Positions 16,282-25,732 of a DNA stretch of 64,000 nt are shown one piece after another; within the stretch, counting starts at the first letter, position 1; every line of letters begins with the position of its first letter. The stretch is taken from contig JACPIF010000011.1 in the NCBI GenBank assembly GCA_016188215.1, positions 2,139 through 66,138 of the forward strand, in the 5' to 3' direction. Both the position numbers and the translations under genes were made by a program. The notes below the pieces were generated by a model. That model was given only the letters and a program-made list of their open reading frames with translations. It did no database searches and had not been told where the DNA came from. The DNA is from Candidatus Woesearchaeota archaeon (GTDB lineage Archaea > Nanobdellota > Nanobdellia > Woesearchaeales > JACPIF01).

Positions 16282-17406
16282 TTAGTACAGCCTATGCTTC
16301 CACACCAGATAGGGATACAATAGCGTAGCCATCCCTGCAATAATAAAGGCGACTGCAGGTATTTTAAACACAACAAAAGTGGCAAGTGCAATCATTGTTG
16401 CAGTTATTCTTCCCAGGGCCAGCATGGTTTCCCTGGCAATGACCGCAGCAGTCACGTTCTTATAGTTGTCAAACACCAGTGTTATGCAGAACGGTGCTGC
16501 AATCACATTGATGGTGCTGAATATTCCTGCAAACAGGTAAAACAGGTATGCGTTCTGCGAGCTTAACCCGAGCGCGATTATGCTTAGGCTCAGTGCAATG
16601 GTTGCCGGATAGATGAACATCTTCCTGCTCCGCAGCCTGTCTGCAATCTTTGCAATCACTAATGACCCTATGATTCCTGCCAGGCTTAGATAAGAGAGGA
16701 AGATCCCGAGCGCAATCTCCTCTTTGATAAACAAGAGGATGAAGAATGGGATATAGACAGAATGCACTGCGCTGAAGAACCCTTCAAAAAAGATAATCAT
16801 GCGCACCCTGCCGTCATGAACTGCGGCCTTGGAAGCATCATACTTTATTGTAATATTTGGTGCAAAAATGGAAAGCCCCAGCGGGATAATCATTAGAATA
16901 GCCCCAAGCATAAATACGGTGCTGAAGCCATAACTGCTAGCAACAATCCCTGCAATAGGAGGCAGCAGCATGCCGAGGAAAGGAATAATGGCGAAATATA
17001 GCGAGCTTAGGAACGCCCTGTCATTTGTATTTGGCAGCCTGAAGTACAGCACATTGAACGCAATCCAATAGGCAAAGATGGTTGTTCCCTGAAGCAGGGC
17101 AATGATATACACAAGTGCGGGCGTAAAGAACGAGCCCAGCAGAGCCAGCGCCAGCACCCTGATAGAGAATGAGTAAATGAACATGCCTCTTGTGCTGAAC
17201 CTGTGCGTGTTGAGCAGTAGAAGGTATACTGTTCCGAACTGCACCATGGCAAAGATAAAGAGCCAGGTTATGGGTATGCCCTGCTTAATGAAATACAGGA
17301 ATCCCAGGCTCCATGCAAATGCATCAGCCGCAAGGAACGATGCATGCAGGCTGTACAGCTTTACAAAGTCACCTGAGTACCACCTCTTCCCATCCATAAT
17401 CTTCAT
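16282..17406 (-). CDS. polytopic membrane transporter (MFS-like)
   Basis: 374 aa, about 10-12 hydrophobic spans. No sharper motif recognised. Confidence 0.65.
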   Translation of the reverse strand: MKIMDGKRWYSGDFVKLYSLHASFLAADAFAWSLGFLYFIKQGIPITWLFIFAMVQFGTVYLLLLNTHRFSTRGMFIYSFSIRVLALALLGSFFTPALVYIIALLQGTTIFAYWIAFNVLYFRLPNTNDRAFLSSLYFAIIPFLGMLLPPIAGIVASSYGFSTVFMLGAILMIIPLGLSIFAPNITIKYDASKAAVHDGRVRMIIFFEGFFSAVHSVYIPFFILLFIKEEIALGIFLSYLSLAGIIGSLVIAKIADRLRSRKMFIYPATIALSLSIIALGLSSQNAYLFYLFAGIFSTINVIAAPFCITLVFDNYKNVTAAVIARETMLALGRITATMIALATFVVFKIPAVAFIIAGMATLLYPYLVWKHRLY

Positions 17407-17439
17407 GTAAAATCCAATATATATAAATATGGAGGAGTC

Positions 17440-17664
17440 TTGAAATGTGCCATGGCCATACCCGCGCTCAGAAGATGCCCGCGCTGCGGCTCATTGAATG
17501 TCAAGATTGTCAATTACCAGGGCATTCCTATACTTGTCTGCCAGGCTTGCGGCTATGATGAGTCAGCAACCTATGACGAATTCCCTGTCACTAGATCTTC
17601 CCAGAAGGCAAAGGGAAGTTTCTCTCCTTACAAGGCAGGCGGCGGCAGGCGAACCAGGAAATAG
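17440..17664 (+). CDS. zinc-ribbon protein
   Basis: 74 aa. CPRCGS..(17)..CQACG. TTG start 5 nt after GGAGGA, with an in-frame ATG alternative at 17452. Confidence 0.5.
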   Translation: MKCAMAIPALRRCPRCGSLNVKIVNYQGIPILVCQACGYDESATYDEFPVTRSSQKAKGSFSPYKAGGGRRTRK

Positions 17665-17774
17665 AGCATATAGTCCATTCATAATCTTTAAAAAGCATTA
17701 TTACTTTATCCTTTGCATCCAAGGGGATTCTATAATAGAGACTATTATTTTTAATATGTTTTTCCTCTATTATA

Positions 17775-17869
17775 TAGGAATTGCATACAATTCCTAATAT
17801 TAGGAAACACTTAGTTTCCTAAATATTCGGAAGACATAACTAATTTTTATTAAAATCTTATGTCTTTCG
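17775..17869. promoter_or_regulatory. three consecutive AT-rich palindromes upstream of the lipoprotein gene
   Basis: TAGGAATTG-CATA-CAATTCCTA (17775-17796); TAGGAAAC-ACTTA-GTTTCCTA (17801-17821); CGGAAGACATAA-N18-TTATGTCTTTCG (17828-17869). Confidence 0.4.
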
Positions 17870-17898
17870 TTATAGTTTTATCTTGATGGGGTGATCAT

Positions 17899-18099
17899 GT
17901 GAACAAAATAGTAATTGCAGCATTCCTGCTTGCTGTCATCGCATTAGTCGGCTGCGAGCAGACGCTTGAAGATGAAGGGATTACAGAAGACAATGATACT
18001 ACTGCATCCGGTACCGATACTGTTGGCGGGACTGCAGATACAGGCACTACAGGCATGGGTGATGCTACAGGCGATGCTACCGATGGTGTAATCTATTGA
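17899..18099 (+). CDS. small secreted lipoprotein, Thr/Gly/Asp-rich
   Basis: 66 aa. GTG start, MNKIVIAAFLLAVIALVGCEQ (lipobox LVGC). Confidence 0.5.
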   Translation: MNKIVIAAFLLAVIALVGCEQTLEDEGITEDNDTTASGTDTVGGTADTGTTGMGDATGDATDGVIY

Positions 18100-18106
18100 T
18101 TTTTTT
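18100..18106 (+). terminator. T7 tract directly after the stop codon
   Basis: TGA at 18097-18099 is followed by TTTTTTT. Confidence 0.45.
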
Positions 18107-18153
18107 CTCTTATTCTTTGAAGAATAATCCGGACAAGAGATTATTTATTAGCA

Positions 18154-18336
18154 ATGATCTTGTTTTCTGAAGAGGTGAGCTTAATGGACACGACAATGAT
18201 AGCAGACGAGATATACTGCCTTGAATGCGCCCGGTTCTATGAAAGCAGCAGGGTACGGACATGGCTTGATATTATAGATAACACGGAAAGCGTCACATTC
18301 AGGTGCCCCCGCGGCCACATATGGGAAGAGCGTTAG
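18154..18336 (+). CDS. small Cys/His protein (possible zinc binder)
   Basis: 60 aa. CLEC..(30)..CPRGH. Followed by the hairpin CTGCAA..TTGCAG. Confidence 0.35.
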   Translation: MILFSEEVSLMDTTMIADEIYCLECARFYESSRVRTWLDIIDNTESVTFRCPRGHIWEER

Positions 18337-18397
18337 CTGCAAGAGAGCTTTGCAGGGGCAAGGCAAGCCTTAAAAACAACAGTTACATCCCAGGCTT

Positions 18398-19405
18398 ATG
18401 CTGACACAATCCATGCTTGATGATGCACATGCGGCTTTCAAGATGCGCTATCCTGCTTCAATTACATTCTCACGTGCAATATTCCTGAACTGGTACTGCC
18501 CGTTAGACTGCAAATTCTGCTTCATGTCCGTGGAAAAATCAAACATTAGCAGCCCAAAGGCAGCCCGCAGGACACCAGCATCAATTCTCACAGAAGCTTT
18601 CCTCTGCAGTAAACTCGGCTGGGATATTGAATTCCTTTCCTCAGGCTACCGTGTCCTGGAAAATGAATACCTGCTTAGGCTTCTCAAGAGCCTTTATGAA
18701 GTTACAGGGAAAAAGCAATGGCTCAACACAGGTGCCTTAAGCAAACAGGAGCTTGAATTCTTCAAGCCTTACATTGAAGGCAGCTGCGGCGCAGTTGAAA
18801 CAGTCAATCCCATAATTCATGACAAGGTCTGCAGGAATAAACCGGTAGCTCCCATTATCAACATGTTTAAAGCCTGTGACGAGCTTGGCTTGAGAAAGGC
18901 CATGACTCTAATCATTGGAATGGGTGAAACCATTGCAGATTTCCCAAAGCTGCAGGAATTCATAGAAAGGCATGCAATTGACAGGATAACTGTCTACGCC
19001 CTGAATCCAATCAAGGGCACCATGTTCACAAAAAGCCCGGAAGCAGATTACTACATAGAATGGCTTGCCCGCACAAGAATATCATTTCCCAGAATGGAGA
19101 TCATAGCCGGGATAAGGAATGAGCGGCTTGACACCATCCGGCAGCTTGCCTACCTCGGCGTCAACGCGATAACCAAGTTCATAGCACTCAGGCAGTTTAA
19201 CTCAAAGGATGCACGATTCATAGAGGAAGAGATAGCAGGCGCAGGCAGGATACTACAGGGATCGCTGACAAAGTTGCCTGATATTGAACTTGAAGAGATT
19301 GATGCCTTTATGCTTGAGCCTGAAAGAAAAGAGCAGATGAAGAGAACACTAACCTCTTACCTGGAAATGATGCACCGTAATACTGTACTGTCAAAAACTA
19401 TTTAA
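18398..19405 (+). CDS. radical SAM protein (BioB/HydE-like size and layout)
   Basis: 335 aa. CPLDCKFC (CxxxCxxC) near the N-terminus. Later GMGET and YALNPIKGT blocks. Confidence 0.8.
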   Translation: MLTQSMLDDAHAAFKMRYPASITFSRAIFLNWYCPLDCKFCFMSVEKSNISSPKAARRTPASILTEAFLCSKLGWDIEFLSSGYRVLENEYLLRLLKSLYEVTGKKQWLNTGALSKQELEFFKPYIEGSCGAVETVNPIIHDKVCRNKPVAPIINMFKACDELGLRKAMTLIIGMGETIADFPKLQEFIERHAIDRITVYALNPIKGTMFTKSPEADYYIEWLARTRISFPRMEIIAGIRNERLDTIRQLAYLGVNAITKFIALRQFNSKDARFIEEEIAGAGRILQGSLTKLPDIELEEIDAFMLEPERKEQMKRTLTSYLEMMHRNTVLSKTI

Positions 19406-19428
19406 AGCACCATAAAGGCTGGCTGGTT

Positions 19429-22400
19429 ATGGCTGTCCAGATTGAGGTAGTCACTAAAGATAGATATGGCAACTTTGAAGGAAAATCAGTTGCACAACGG
19501 CTTCTTAATGCAGGGCATTATGTCCAGGACATAACTGTTGCCCAGGTTTACACCATAGATGACGAAGTTCTCACGCCTGCAGAAATACAGCGTATTCAGA
19601 ATCTTGTTACAAACAGTGTAACTCAGACATCATCTTTGGAAAGCCAGCTTACTGCAAAGGATAATGCCTGGCTTATAGAAATTGGCATACTACCGCGGGT
19701 TACAGACCCGGATGGAGATCGTATAAAGGCCGTTATAGAGCAGCTCCTAGGGAGAAAAATCGGTGGGGATGTATACTATTCTCAGAGGCTCCTTGTTAAG
19801 GATAATGCCCCTGGTCTAGCAGAAAAAGTACAGAATATCAGTAAACTGTTCTTCAATGAAGTTACGCATGCAGCCCTAGTGTATGGTCCTGATCAGCTTA
19901 AGCGTGGCATACCACAATACATTCCCCGGTCCGCTGCAGAGGAAAACCAGCTGGAAGAGATTATTGATTTGAACCTGTCCCATGAAGAGCTCGTGAAATT
20001 GAGTTTTAGAAATGAATGGGCCCTGAACCTTGACGAGATGTTTGCAATCAAGACATACTTTGAGCGCGATGATGTCCGAGCGCAGCGCCGGCGGATTGGT
20101 CTGGGAGCAATGCCTACAAGAACCGAGATGGAAGTCATTGCACAGACATGGTCAGAGCATTGCAAGCATAAGATATTCAATGCAGAAATAACCTATGAGG
20201 ATGAGCACGGGAACATAAGGGCAATAGACTCTTTGTTTAAGACATTCATCAGGAATCCAACTGAGGAGATTATCAGACGCTACAACAGGACTGACATAGT
20301 CTCAAAATTCTCTGATAATGCAGGAATCATACGTCTTAATGATAAATGGCTGCTGGCAATCAAATGCGAGACGCACAACAGCCCGACTAATGACGCTCCT
20401 TTTGGTGGATCTGCAACTGGTTTAGTTGGAGTATTCCGTGATATCTTAGGCGCTGGGAAGGGTGGATGGGTTATAGGCGGACAATACTTTTTTGTGACAG
20501 GCATGCCTAACTATAATGGAGCATTATATTTGCCACAAAGGCCAGAGCCTATAGTCGGCTTCTATCCAAAGATGCATCCTGCTGAATTGCTGCACGGCAT
20601 GATTGAGGGAGTGCAGGATGGAGGAAACAAGTCAGGCATTCCCACAACTAATGGAGGCACGTTCCATCATAACAGCTTCCTGGGAAAGTGCCTTATGTTC
20701 GCCTCAGCAATCGGTGTTATTCCTGCTGAAATTAATGGTAAGCCAGGATGGAAGAAAAAAGCGGAGGTTAGGGATTACATACTAACGATTGGAGGAAGAG
20801 TTGGAATTGATGGCATCCATGGTGCAACTGTTTCTTCGCTTGAGTCTGAAGCTAAAAAACACGGCGGTCATGTACAGATAGCCTATCCGTATAACCAGCG
20901 TAAGGTCATGGAAGCCCTCATGGAGCTTAGGCAGTATATTAACGGCCTTACTGATTGTGGTGCTGGTGGAACATCATCTGCAGTCGGGGAAATGGCGCAG
21001 CAGACAGGAGGTGCTGATGTAGTTCTTGACCATGCACTGCTCAAGTATCTTGGCTTGGCACCGTATCAGATCAAGATTTCTGAATCGCAGGAGCGAATGA
21101 CAATCTCTGTTCCTCCGGAAAACTTAGATGCCGTTAAATCAATCTTGAGAAAGCATGACGTTGAATTTTACGACACTGGCCGCTTTACAGATTCCGGCAA
21201 ATTGAAAACAACATATCGTGGTCAAGTTTCTACGTATCTTGACATGGATTTCCTGCACAATGGGAATCCGCGCATGAGGCTTAAAGCCAAATGGGCGCCG
21301 CCGCAATTTGCAGAGCCTGCATTGGATGACCAGCCTGACTATAACGGTTTGGTGCTGCAATTGCTCGCCTCATATAACCTTTGTAGCAAAGAATTCATCA
21401 CCAGGCGATTTGACCACGAAGTGCAGGATTTGAGCATAGTAAAGCCACTCATTGGAAGGAAACGGGATATCAGAACCGGTGCTGTGGTTCAGAAATTTGA
21501 TATTGAGAATAACAAAGAGGGGGTGGCGGAAGCTGATGTTCTTAATCCTCTCCTAGGTCAGATTGACACATACCATATGGTAGCGAATGGGATTGATGAA
21601 GTAGTCAGGAAACTGGTTGCTATCGGCGGTAATCCTGACAAAATTGTCCTGAACGATAATTTCTGCTGGCCCAGTCCAATCAATGATGAATACAAGGCTG
21701 CTCAATTGGTTAGGGCAGGGATGGCACTAGAGGATTATGCAACAGCATTCAATGCGCCCTGCATCTCAGGAAAAGACAGCATGTCAGTAGATGGCAAGCT
21801 TGTCAATGCCAACGGCGAGCAGATCCGCGTATCGGGCCTCCCAGTTGTGAAGTTGCTTGGCGCGGCAAAGGTAGAAGAGTTAAAGAAAGTTACTACACTG
21901 GAAGCAAAGGTTGCTGATGATCTGGTGTATGTTATTGGGACTACAAAAGATGAGTTAGGCGGAAGCGATTTCTATAATATGCTGGGATATGTCGGAAATG
22001 ATGTGCCTAAAGTAAATCAGGCTGAAAAGGCAAAGGGCAGCTACAAAGCGCTGTACCGGGCTATCAGCGAAGAAATTGTCGCATCAGCTCATGCTGTCGC
22101 AGGCGGAGGGCTCGTTTTCGCGCTTACAGAAGTAGCCCTTGGAGGTGATTTAGGGCTTAATATTGATTTATCTAAAGTAAACTACGAAGGAAAAAATCAG
22201 AATTATAGAGTATTATTCTCGCAATCAGCCTCTAGGTTTGTGGTAACGATAGATCCAAAGCACAAAGAAAGGTTTGAGATGTTAATGCAAGATTCTTCAT
22301 ATGCACAAATAGGAACAGTAACCTCTGATAAGCGTCTGGAAATTAAAGGAATTTCTGGAAACAATGTCGTGAACTTGCCGATTGAGATAATGAGGGCAGC

Positions 22401-22431
22401 ATACACAGACACGTTTGGGAGGCAGAACTAG
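19429..22431 (+). CDS. purL: phosphoribosylformylglycinamidine synthase, PurS-like N-terminal domain fused to PurL
   Basis: 1000 aa. The PurL hallmark WSEHCKHKIF appears only around residue 240. The first 70 aa or so (VQIEVVTKDRYGNFEGKSVAQRLLNAGHYVQDITVAQVYTI) follow the PurS pattern. Confidence 0.88.
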   Translation: MAVQIEVVTKDRYGNFEGKSVAQRLLNAGHYVQDITVAQVYTIDDEVLTPAEIQRIQNLVTNSVTQTSSLESQLTAKDNAWLIEIGILPRVTDPDGDRIKAVIEQLLGRKIGGDVYYSQRLLVKDNAPGLAEKVQNISKLFFNEVTHAALVYGPDQLKRGIPQYIPRSAAEENQLEEIIDLNLSHEELVKLSFRNEWALNLDEMFAIKTYFERDDVRAQRRRIGLGAMPTRTEMEVIAQTWSEHCKHKIFNAEITYEDEHGNIRAIDSLFKTFIRNPTEEIIRRYNRTDIVSKFSDNAGIIRLNDKWLLAIKCETHNSPTNDAPFGGSATGLVGVFRDILGAGKGGWVIGGQYFFVTGMPNYNGALYLPQRPEPIVGFYPKMHPAELLHGMIEGVQDGGNKSGIPTTNGGTFHHNSFLGKCLMFASAIGVIPAEINGKPGWKKKAEVRDYILTIGGRVGIDGIHGATVSSLESEAKKHGGHVQIAYPYNQRKVMEALMELRQYINGLTDCGAGGTSSAVGEMAQQTGGADVVLDHALLKYLGLAPYQIKISESQERMTISVPPENLDAVKSILRKHDVEFYDTGRFTDSGKLKTTYRGQVSTYLDMDFLHNGNPRMRLKAKWAPPQFAEPALDDQPDYNGLVLQLLASYNLCSKEFITRRFDHEVQDLSIVKPLIGRKRDIRTGAVVQKFDIENNKEGVAEADVLNPLLGQIDTYHMVANGIDEVVRKLVAIGGNPDKIVLNDNFCWPSPINDEYKAAQLVRAGMALEDYATAFNAPCISGKDSMSVDGKLVNANGEQIRVSGLPVVKLLGAAKVEELKKVTTLEAKVADDLVYVIGTTKDELGGSDFYNMLGYVGNDVPKVNQAEKAKGSYKALYRAISEEIVASAHAVAGGGLVFALTEVALGGDLGLNIDLSKVNYEGKNQNYRVLFSQSASRFVVTIDPKHKERFEMLMQDSSYAQIGTVTSDKRLEIKGISGNNVVNLPIEIMRAAYTDTFGRQN

Positions 22432-22432
22432 T

Positions 22433-23239
22433 ATGAGAGAACCGATACAAGCTATCATACCGTACGGCCATGGTTTGAATACATGGAGCGGACTTGAATA
22501 TTGTTTCAGGCTAGCCGGTGCTAAGACAGTGCTTGTCCATCTGGACCAGATTACTCCCGACGATCTTGATAGGAGCTATATTCTTGGGCTTGCTGGTGGC
22601 TTTGCCCACGGCGATGCAGGAGGCGCTGGGACTCTTACCGCTGCATCAGTGCGTCATCGCTTAGACGATGCCATACAAAAATTTATTGAGGATGGCAAGC
22701 TCATTATGGGTGTTTGTAATGGTGCACAGATAATAGTAAAGTATCCTCTCCTTCCGAGGATAAAAGATCCTTATGATAAAACGGTCTCACTCATTAACAA
22801 TGCGTATGGGCCTTTCCGGAATGATTGGGTGCGATTAAAATTCAACCAGCGATCGCCCTGCATCTTTACCAAAGGCATTGAATACATGGATATGCCAATC
22901 AGGCATGGCGAAGGAAGATTCGTGGTTGCAGATGATACCGTACTGTCAGAGCTTTGGAGAAAACATATGGTTGTTGCACAATATGTTGGTAAAGATGGAG
23001 CTCCAACAGCAGCATTTCCAGAAAATCCTAATGGCTCAATTGATGCGATAGCCGGAATATGCGATGAAACCGGAAGGATATTTGCATGGATGCCGCATCC
23101 TGAGGCTTTTAATGTGAATATGAATCACCCAGATTGGACATTGCATAAGGAATTGCAGAAAAGGCAAGGGCTTGAGTTTGAAGAGAAAGAAGGTGACGGA
23201 CTAAAAGTGTTCAGGAATGCTGTAGATTTCTTTAGGTAA
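22433..23239 (+). CDS. purQ: phosphoribosylformylglycinamidine synthase glutaminase subunit PurQ
   Basis: GVCNGAQ (nucleophile Cys), HGEGRF, MPHPE. ATG at 22433 is preceded by GGGAGG. The track start at 22415 overlaps purL. Confidence 0.88.
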   Translation: MREPIQAIIPYGHGLNTWSGLEYCFRLAGAKTVLVHLDQITPDDLDRSYILGLAGGFAHGDAGGAGTLTAASVRHRLDDAIQKFIEDGKLIMGVCNGAQIIVKYPLLPRIKDPYDKTVSLINNAYGPFRNDWVRLKFNQRSPCIFTKGIEYMDMPIRHGEGRFVVADDTVLSELWRKHMVVAQYVGKDGAPTAAFPENPNGSIDAIAGICDETGRIFAWMPHPEAFNVNMNHPDWTLHKELQKRQGLEFEEKEGDGLKVFRNAVDFFR

Positions 23240-23267
23240 ATACTGCTAACTTAGTTCTTTAATGCCA

Positions 23268-24479
23268 TCACTCATACCTAAGCGCATCAACAGGCTGCAG
23301 TTTGGCTGCCCGCACCGCCGGCAATGTCCCGGAAACAGCCCCTATGCAGAAGGAAAAGATTAGGCACGAGGCCGTCAGCCAGATTGGAAATGCAGGCTTC
23401 AGGAATCCGAATCCGGCGGCAGCTGCAATCGCCCCGCCAGTAGTGGATATAAGGAAGCCAAGGATGATCCCCAGTATCCCCCCTATCAGCCCGAGCATCC
23501 CGGATTCCGCGATGAATATGCTCATTATATCTTTGTTCTGCGCGCCGACTGCCTTCATGACGCCTATCTCCTTGGTCCTCTCAAGCACTGCCGTGTACAT
23601 TGTATTGGCAGTGTTGACTCCCGCCACGATGACCGAGACAAGCGCGATCAATACAAGTATGCCGTTCAGCACCAATATCACATTATTGAAGATCGCGAGC
23701 GCATCCTCAAATGTCTGCACGTAGAAATCTTCCTTCCCCTCTTCCTGGTCCTTGTGCTTTCGCAACCTTTCATGAATCCGCTCAGCCAGCTCTGAAGGGT
23801 TTACATCCTTGTTTGCCCGCACCATGACCCAGCCGAACTTGTCCTTTTTTTCAGGAAACATCTGCTCAAACGCCTCGTAGCCCATGTAGATGTTTGAATC
23901 ATCCTGCGGGTTGCCGACAGCTTCATAAAATCCGGCAACGTCAAATATTTTTCCGTTTATCGTTACTTTCTCTCCCAATACTATTGGCTTGCTGAATATC
24001 TTGTCAGCAACCTGGTAATTGTAGCCGAGCACTACTTTATCCACATCGCCCGGCTTGAGGTTTCTTCCATGCTCAACATCAAAGGTGAACGCCTCATTCG
24101 CGAAATCTATCTTGTCTGTATCAAGGCCAATTCCAAAGACAAATTTCTTGCCCCTGTCTTTTTCAATCTCTACCGCAGACATGTACATGCCCGCCAGCTC
24201 GTCCACGCCATTTATCCTGTCCACAAACTCAGCGTCATCCCGTGATATGAAGAAATTTTCGTCGGTTCCCGGGGCGCCGATGCCGCGTGCCTGGATAAAG
24301 ATCTTGTCAGCACCAGCATCCTGCGCTATCCTGTCCACGTAGTTCTGGAGCCCTGCGCCGAAGCTCACTAGCGCATAGATAGCCATGACACCTATCAGTA
24401 TGCTCAACACGGTGAGGCTGCTGCGCAGCTTGCGCTTGCGCACGTTCTTGAAAGCATAATTCAGGAGCTCGCGGTTCAT
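23268..24479 (-). CDS. ABC transporter permease, MacB/FtsX type
   Basis: 403 aa. N-terminal TM, large extracytoplasmic domain, C-terminal FtsX-like 3-TM block (NTMYTAVLERTKEIGVMKAVGA). Confidence 0.88.
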   Translation of the reverse strand: MNRELLNYAFKNVRKRKLRSSLTVLSILIGVMAIYALVSFGAGLQNYVDRIAQDAGADKIFIQARGIGAPGTDENFFISRDDAEFVDRINGVDELAGMYMSAVEIEKDRGKKFVFGIGLDTDKIDFANEAFTFDVEHGRNLKPGDVDKVVLGYNYQVADKIFSKPIVLGEKVTINGKIFDVAGFYEAVGNPQDDSNIYMGYEAFEQMFPEKKDKFGWVMVRANKDVNPSELAERIHERLRKHKDQEEGKEDFYVQTFEDALAIFNNVILVLNGILVLIALVSVIVAGVNTANTMYTAVLERTKEIGVMKAVGAQNKDIMSIFIAESGMLGLIGGILGIILGFLISTTGGAIAAAAGFGFLKPAFPIWLTASCLIFSFCIGAVSGTLPAVRAAKLQPVDALRYE

Positions 24480-25699
24480 TGTGCATACCTCAGCGAATCA
24501 ACCGGATGTTTCTTTGAAGCTTTGTATGCAGGGATTACGCCTGCGAGGAGTCCCACAAGGACAGAAAAGAATAATGAGCCCAAAACAAGGCCAATTCCTA
24601 TATCTGCCTGTATCAGGTCGCTTCCCAGAATTTGCCGCCCTAAAAATGCGAATGAGTATGACAACGCGAATCCCGCTGATATCCCTATCAGCCCTCCCAC
24701 AAGGCCCAGCAGGCCAGATTCAATGAAAAACAGCGCAAATATCGTTTGGTTTGTGGCTCCTATTGATTTCATTATCCCTATCTCCTTGGTCCTCTCAAGT
24801 ACTGCTGTATACATTGTGTTTGTTATGCCTATTGCTCCCACAATGATGGCGACTGCCGCAATCACGTAGATGAAAAGCTGCACCCCAAATATGGTCTCGT
24901 CAATGGTCTGCAGCGTGGCCTCAGGCGATCCAACCACAAAATCCTCCTCGCCTTTCTTGACATCCCGCTCCTTCCTGAGCAGCTGCTCAATATTCGTCTT
25001 CACTGAATCCACTGCCTCTACATCCTTTACCTTGACTGCTATGACATTCACCGAACCATCCTCCCGAAAATTATCCACTAGAACGTCCTCATTCATGATT
25101 AGAGCGGTGTCAAAGATAAAGCTGCCTTTCTTCTCTAGAATGCCGATGACTTCAAACTCAACTCCTTTGAACAGTATCCTGTTGCCCAGCTGAACCGGTT
25201 TCCCGAACCTGTCTTTGTCTGTAAACCCGCTTCCGACCATGACTTTTAGGTTATCGCCGTCTTTCAGTAGCCTGCCCTGACTCACCTTTAGGTTCAGCAT
25301 GCCTTCCAGGGTGGCCCTGTCTTTTCCTTCCGGCATGTTCCATGCAAAGACTATATCTTGCTTGTCATTGAATTCCATAGTGCCGGATTCTATGTAGCGG
25401 TTGATGGCCGCCTCAACTCCTGGAATCCGCTCTACTTTTTCTGTAAGATCTTCAGTAAGTGGTTTTACTACAGCAGTTCCCGGAGGCCCTGCAAAGTTAA
25501 GCCCGGATGCCTGTATGTCCAGGACATCAGGCCCCAGAAATCCGAACTGCCCGATGATTGCTCCCCTGAGCCCTTCACCTAATCCAATAAGCGCCACAAC
25601 TGCAGCTATCCCTATGAATATGCCTATCATTGTCAATAGGCTTCGCGTCTTGCGATGGGCGAACGTCCCCAGCGCGAATTTTACATAGCTAAGCAGCAT
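24476..25699 (-). CDS. ABC transporter permease, MacB/FtsX type (paralog)
   Basis: 407 aa. Same architecture (NTMYTAVLERTKEIGIMKSIGA). 4-nt overlap with the downstream permease. Confidence 0.88.
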   Translation of the reverse strand: MLLSYVKFALGTFAHRKTRSLLTMIGIFIGIAAVVALIGLGEGLRGAIIGQFGFLGPDVLDIQASGLNFAGPPGTAVVKPLTEDLTEKVERIPGVEAAINRYIESGTMEFNDKQDIVFAWNMPEGKDRATLEGMLNLKVSQGRLLKDGDNLKVMVGSGFTDKDRFGKPVQLGNRILFKGVEFEVIGILEKKGSFIFDTALIMNEDVLVDNFREDGSVNVIAVKVKDVEAVDSVKTNIEQLLRKERDVKKGEEDFVVGSPEATLQTIDETIFGVQLFIYVIAAVAIIVGAIGITNTMYTAVLERTKEIGIMKSIGATNQTIFALFFIESGLLGLVGGLIGISAGFALSYSFAFLGRQILGSDLIQADIGIGLVLGSLFFSVLVGLLAGVIPAYKASKKHPVDSLRYAQ

Positions 25700-25732
25700 G
25701 CAGCCTCCACACCTCAGCTGTCCAGCTCAACT

